NCBI GenBank assembly: GCA_964291405.2
Contig: OZ219926.1
Location: forward strand, 1,728,001 to 1,792,000
DNA: 64,000 nucleotides
Direction: 5' to 3'
Origin: Thermodesulfobacteriota bacterium
Lineage (GTDB): Bacteria; Desulfobacterota; Binatia; Bin18
Under the pieces are notes generated by a model, which saw only the letters and a list, made by a program, of their open reading frames with translations, had not been told where the DNA came from and did not search any database. The position numbers and the translations under genes are program-made. Positions 59,565 to 64,000 of the stretch are shown here, piece after piece. Position 1 is the first letter of the stretch; the number at the start of each line of letters is the position of its first letter.

Positions 59565-60095
59565 TTACTCGGATTGTGCTCCAACCAAAACGAAAGCCAC
59601 CAGAGCTGGCTCTGCTGAACGATTACTCCAGGCATGATTGGTCGCTCGCTGGATGAGGACATCCCCGGCCTGCATGCAAGTTTCATCTTCTTCCATGACT
59701 GCCCATATCTCACCCGACAGGACGATGGCATAGTCTACTGAGGCAGTTTTATGCATCATCGGGGTCGAGCTAGTGGAATCGGCGGCATGACCCGCCTCCA
59801 TGGAGGAAAAGACTTCGCTCGCATCAGTCCGGTCTTGCCATGCCGCATCAGGTGGAAACTCGACGGCGCGGCAGATTGTCCCGGTCGGCCGAGGTTCCAG
59901 ATGCATAGGACGATCAACAGGGTCGGCATCACCGGACAGGTCAGCAGGCGCAGTTGTCGTCTCCCATAGATCAGTGGCTCGTAGTCCTGGCACTGCTTCG
60001 AGATCCAGAATACTCGTGGCAATGGCATCTTCAGCAATGACCGATTTTCCCTTAGCGTTGTGGCCGGTCACAATTCGGCGGATTTGCTTTGGCAT
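59565..60095 (-). CDS. Cupin domain protein
   Basis: RRIVTGHN..GKSV, MHKTASVDYAIVLSGEI and GDVLIQRATNHAWSNR. Confidence 0.92.
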   Translation of the reverse strand: MPKQIRRIVTGHNAKGKSVIAEDAIATSILDLEAVPGLRATDLWETTTAPADLSGDADPVDRPMHLEPRPTGTICRAVEFPPDAAWQDRTDASEVFSSMEAGHAADSTSSTPMMHKTASVDYAIVLSGEIWAVMEEDETCMQAGDVLIQRATNHAWSNRSAEPALVAFVLVGAQSE

Positions 60096-60348
60096 CTCTC
60101 TCCCTCTCATTCATGCTCGGTGTTACTCTTCCTCTCTACGTTCCAAGCTTTCCCGCATCTCCTGCACAGGACCTACATCAAGGAATGTTTATTTGAGTTC
60201 CTGATCTTGTAGCTGATAGGCCACCTCTTCAATAGGTCCAAATGGCATTGCCGTATCTACCCACCCGTACCCATCTCTATTATCCCTTTTACTCACACAG
60301 CTTCCCAATCGCCCGCTAGGTTTTCCATACCAGCGGAGATGCTGTCAA

Positions 60349-60537
60349 TTACCGGGCGAATCCCTGAAGTCCCTTCACAGCCTGCTTCGGTGGAATCTCT
60401 TCTGCATTCTCGGCTTGCCCAGTCGGCTGAACCGATACTCCTTCAGGCATATGAATCGTGGAGGTTGGGAAGGCGGCTTGGGCGCCGTGCGATTCGATAA
60501 TCCCCATCAATTGATCCATATGTGAATTGCTCCCCAA
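60349..60537 (-). pseudogene. C-terminal remnant of an MscS-family channel
   Basis: IIESHGAQAAFPTSTIH resembles the MscS C-terminus; no TM region upstream. Confidence 0.55.
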
Positions 60538-60655
60538 GCCGGTCTTCTGATGCCTACACAGCCCATAGGGACAGCGTCAAGGGTGAGCGTTGTCGGAAGA
60601 GGTATGATACCTGTCCAGTTCGCGGTATGTTTATGAGCATCGAAGAAGCAGGCAG

Positions 60656-60991
60656 ATGGCAAAGATCGCTTCGAAAGTCCTCCGTGAGATCGTTCGGCGT
60701 ATTGTCGCCGTTGCCCAGCCGGATCGGATCATCCTATTTGGCTCTGCAGCTCGCGGTGAAATGGGTCCACATAGCGATGTCGATCTTCTTGTGGTCAAGC
60801 AGGGAGAATTCGATCAAGGACAACTCGTCGGCGATCTTTATATGAACCTGCATGGGGTGGGACAGGCGGTAGACCTGGTTGTAGTGACCCCAGAACAAGT
60901 TGAGCGTTATCGAAACACGCATTGTCTTGTCATTGCACCAGCACTACGCCAGGGAAAAGAAATCTACCGTGCCGACACGTTATCCGCCTGA
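60656..60991 (+). CDS. Minimal nucleotidyltransferase (MNT) antitoxin
   Basis: IILFGSAARG....SDVDLLVV. Confidence 0.92.
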   Translation: MAKIASKVLREIVRRIVAVAQPDRIILFGSAARGEMGPHSDVDLLVVKQGEFDQGQLVGDLYMNLHGVGQAVDLVVVTPEQVERYRNTHCLVIAPALRQGKEIYRADTLSA

Positions 60992-61370
60992 AGATCCCCG
61001 CGAATGGCTCAACAGAGCCCGCAGCAACCTCCTCCTGGCAAAAGCCCCCAGGCGCAATATCTATCTGGAGGATTTGTGTTTCAACGCACAGCAAGCCGCG
61101 GAGAAGGCCATTAAAGCTATCCTGATTGCCCATGAAGTCGAGTTTCCGTATGTCCACGATATTACGGAACTCCTCACCACGTTGGAAAAAACGGGACAAA
61201 AAATCCCTCCATCCATCAAACAAGCAGAGCGCCTGACCCGTTTTGCGATTTCCACTCGATACCCTGGGATTGCAAGCACTATTCGGCGTGAAGAATATCA
61301 GGAAACGCTTGCAGTCGCAGAGAAAGTTATCCGCTGGGCAAGGACACTTGTTCGGGAAAAAGTTGGTTGA
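60969..61370 (+). CDS. HEPN domain protein
   Basis: LCFNAQQAAEKAIKA, FPYVHDI and TRYPG; GTG start overlaps the MNT gene. Confidence 0.9.
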   Translation: MPTRYPPEDPREWLNRARSNLLLAKAPRRNIYLEDLCFNAQQAAEKAIKAILIAHEVEFPYVHDITELLTTLEKTGQKIPPSIKQAERLTRFAISTRYPGIASTIRREEYQETLAVAEKVIRWARTLVREKVG

Positions 61371-61386
61371 TCGGAGATCCAAGACC

Positions 61387-62440
61387 TAGAGCATTCTGTT
61401 TTTAGGTTGACGCATAGCCAGCGTGGGAGAAGTAATGGCTGCATTCTTCAGGTCCGAAGCGATCGAGGAGGGTGCCGACTCGGCGCCACGTCGCCTCGAC
61501 GGTGCGTTCAGCCGCTTGGCGGAGTCAGGCTTTGAGCTTGGCGAAGCCCTTTTCAATCGGGTTAAGATCGGGCGAATAGGGGGGCAGGAAGCGCAGCGTG
61601 GCGCCCGCCCGCTCGATGGCTGTCCGCCCGGCGGCCCTCTTGTGGCTGCTGAGATTGTCCAGGATGACGATATCGCCGGCAGTCAGAGTGGGGAGGAGGC
61701 ATTGTTCCACATAGGCGAGGAAGCGGGGGCCATTGATCGGGCCATCGCAGACACAGGGGGCGGTCAGGCGGTCGCGCCGGAGGGCAGCCCCGAAGGGCAG
61801 GGGTTGCCAATGACCATAGGGCCGCGTGGCGGCCAACCGCGTGCCGCGGGGGCAGCGGCCGTGGCTGCGCGGCATAGTGGTCTTGGCCCACGTCTCATCA
61901 AGAACACGAGCCGGTGGGGATCAAGCTGGCCTTGGGAGCGCTGCCAACGTGCCCGCCGCCGCGCGCTGTCAGGGCGCTCCTGCTCGGAGGCCGAGAGACT
62001 TTTTTTTGAAGCTGATCCCGGCCCCTTTGAAGAACCGGGACAGCCTCCCGGTATCGGCCTGCACCCCTCGCTCTACCAACAACCGGGCCGCTAACGCTGC
62101 CAACGTGATGGCCGGTTGCGCCGCGATCACCGCCAATAACCACGCGCGCTCCGGTTGCACCTTCGAGGGCCGATGCCCCCCAGTGCCCGCACTCCCCCGC
62201 TCCCCGGCAAGCGCTGGAGCCACTTGATCGCTGAGGCACTACTGACCCCAAACCGCCGCGCCGCTGCACGCCGGCTCATCCCCTCGCGCTGTACGGCATC
62301 AATCACTCGGTCCCGCAAATCTTGATAATACGCTCGGGCCATCGGCTGCTCGCCTCCTTACCTCCTCCGCCCCGTAGCCTGCCACACCTCCACGCTGGCT
62401 GAAACAGCCCCCCGATTCAATCTATTCACAGAATGCTCTA
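61387..62440 (-). mobile_element. IS630-family insertion sequence, degenerate transposase
   Basis: Terminal IRs TAGAGCATTCTGT...ACAGAATGCTCTA including the TA target. Transposase fragments [20 protein letters not shown] and [12 protein letters not shown]; A8 run at 62000-62007 plus an extra frameshift and a premature stop at 61525. Confidence 0.93.
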
Positions 62441-62642
62441 AAGTCTCGGATCTATATCAAGAGATGCAAACCTGACCCTATAATCACATCAAAAAGCCAC
62501 CCTCCCACTTGTTGAGGGAAAGAAATCTATTCTTCGCTGCCGGTCCGCCGGATTGATGGCCCCTCAGGTACATAGGGCGTCGGGGTTGGGAGTGTAGCCA
62601 CCTCAGATTTACTAATTGAAGCGTATCTATATGTCTGTGGAA

Positions 62643-63974
62643 TCATGACAGAAAACGTGCAGTAAGAATGCTTTCCCGCTTCTTTGTTCGGAAAACTTGG
62701 TACTTTATAAGGGGATGCTCCACTGTGCATACCATCACATTCGAATGCTCACCATAGTATTCGGTCCGTTCGATTCTACTAAGATAGGTAAAGCCGCTTG
62801 TACTTGTCCGCTTCTTGTTGACTACATAGCTATCAAAGGCGCTCTTAGAGAGCTGATTGATAGGGCTCGACATGAGCTCATGGAGTAGAACCGAAGGGCT
62901 CCCATCATTCGCGGTGAGTTCCATCGTCGCATGATAACTATTGTGCATATCGCCAGTAAGGAAGGTCAGCCTAGTGATCTTTATTCTTCACAATAAATTC
63001 CAATACTGCTTCCCGCTGCTCACGAAAGATATCGCTACACCATTTATCTTTACCAGGATCACGTACCTCACCCACAAAAGGGGCACTGGTAATCACGAAT
63101 TTGACAGCGTTTCTATGTTGCTCTAACCACTTGAAGAGCAACTGCATCTGAGTTGGGCTTATAATTTGGTTATCACTGTTGCGATTCTGATAGCGTTCAG
63201 TCCGGGTATCCAATACAAAAAACTGCGTAGCCCCATAGTTGAAGCAATAGTAAAGCGCCTGCATGCCAAAGCTTTGCGGGTTGTGGATATGTTGAAATTC
63301 GCGATACGCCTTGAGACTGTATTGCCGAATCGCCTCAACAGTGCTGCCAAACCAGCCGGTTGACATATCATTGGAAAAATTATCTTCCATTTCGTGATCG
63401 TCAAGAATCATGTATTGAGGCAGTCGAGTAAAGAAGCGCCGTGTCGCTCGGCTGTCACTCCAAGCATCTAAGTATTTCTCACGATACTCTTTGAGATCCG
63501 CGGGTTTTAGTGGATTCGGAATATCGTAATAGATTTGATCGCCGCAATGAATCATAAATTGAGCCTTCTCCCGCACAGCTATCTCACCAATTGTTCCGAA
63601 CGCGACGTCAGAGGAAATATCGTCTAACGAGTGTAAATTACAACTGCCAAGGAGAAAACTAAATGGTTGAGGCTTCTCTGGCGGTGGAAATGTCGTAAAA
63701 CATCCCGTCGAGTGGCCAAACTCCGCACGGTGAGACTCTGGAGTATCACAGGTACGACCAAAACTGACTGGACAGTATAGGCAGACTGTGGACAGAGCCC
63801 CTTCACTTCAACAACGCCGGTATAGCCATGACGTGATTCTAACTCAATAGGCTTTGGTTGCTCAGGGTGAGCTGGCCCCTTTATGGTGAGGAATACCACC
63901 GGATGACGACGATCCCCGCGGACCCAGATACGGGCCGAATCGTGACTCGTATGCCCAATGATCAGTCTGGCCAA
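62643..63974 (-). pseudogene. PhoD-like alkaline phosphatase with two frameshifts
   Basis: FLLGSCN, HCGDQIYYD, ILDDHE, VLDTR and LTGDMH in three frames (shifts near 63770 and 62980); visibly more AT-rich than the rest of the window. Confidence 0.8.
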
Positions 63975-64000
63975 TTCTTACCTCCTACCGTAACTGAACT

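Larger units (their letters stand above)
59456..60584. repeat. 43-bp imperfect direct repeat (59456-59498 and 60542-60584) with a minus-strand promoter-like sequence
   Basis: GTC(C/T)TCTGATG(T/C)CTACACAGCC(TGG/CAT)AGGGACAGCGTCAAGGGT; TTGACG on the minus strand. Confidence 0.85.

Noticed and set aside
61525-61527. Sec read-through of the TGA in the IS630 transposase
   Set aside because: Not a Cys position or redox motif, and the gene has other lesions; a simple nonsense mutation.

Overview
GC-rich bacterial window; gene content suggests a Deltaproteobacteria-like (possibly Ca. Binatia) genome, which is inference only. Positions ~2.5-38.7 kb form a nitrogen-assimilation island: glnE; porin-glnK-amtB; a GAF histidine kinase plus sigma54 activator; a CPA2-EIIA fusion; an alginate-export-type porin with PfkA; a convergent ATP-grasp/alpha-E/transglutaminase/Anbu cluster; nirBD; an unusual nitrate reductase cluster with NarI-like, 4Fe-4S and Tat-Rieske partners; and narK-nirA. 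Six correctly spaced sigma54 -24/-12 promoters and a recurring TGY-N9-RGGCA enhancer-like motif lie in its intergenic DNA, and one promoter appears to drive an unannotated ~120-nt sRNA with anti-Shine-Dalgarno loops. The right part holds housekeeping and accessory genes, two further candidate structured ncRNAs, an hmfABCDE-like furoate cluster and two selenoproteins that the ORF track splits at in-frame UGA codons followed by SECIS-like hairpins: a UxxC peroxiredoxin-like protein and a UGSC protein in an uncharacterised catabolic operon. The window also has three toxin-antitoxin pairs, a degenerate IS630 and several pseudogenes (hsdR, anbu, mscS, phoD). All family calls come from motif recognition by eye; no database search was run.
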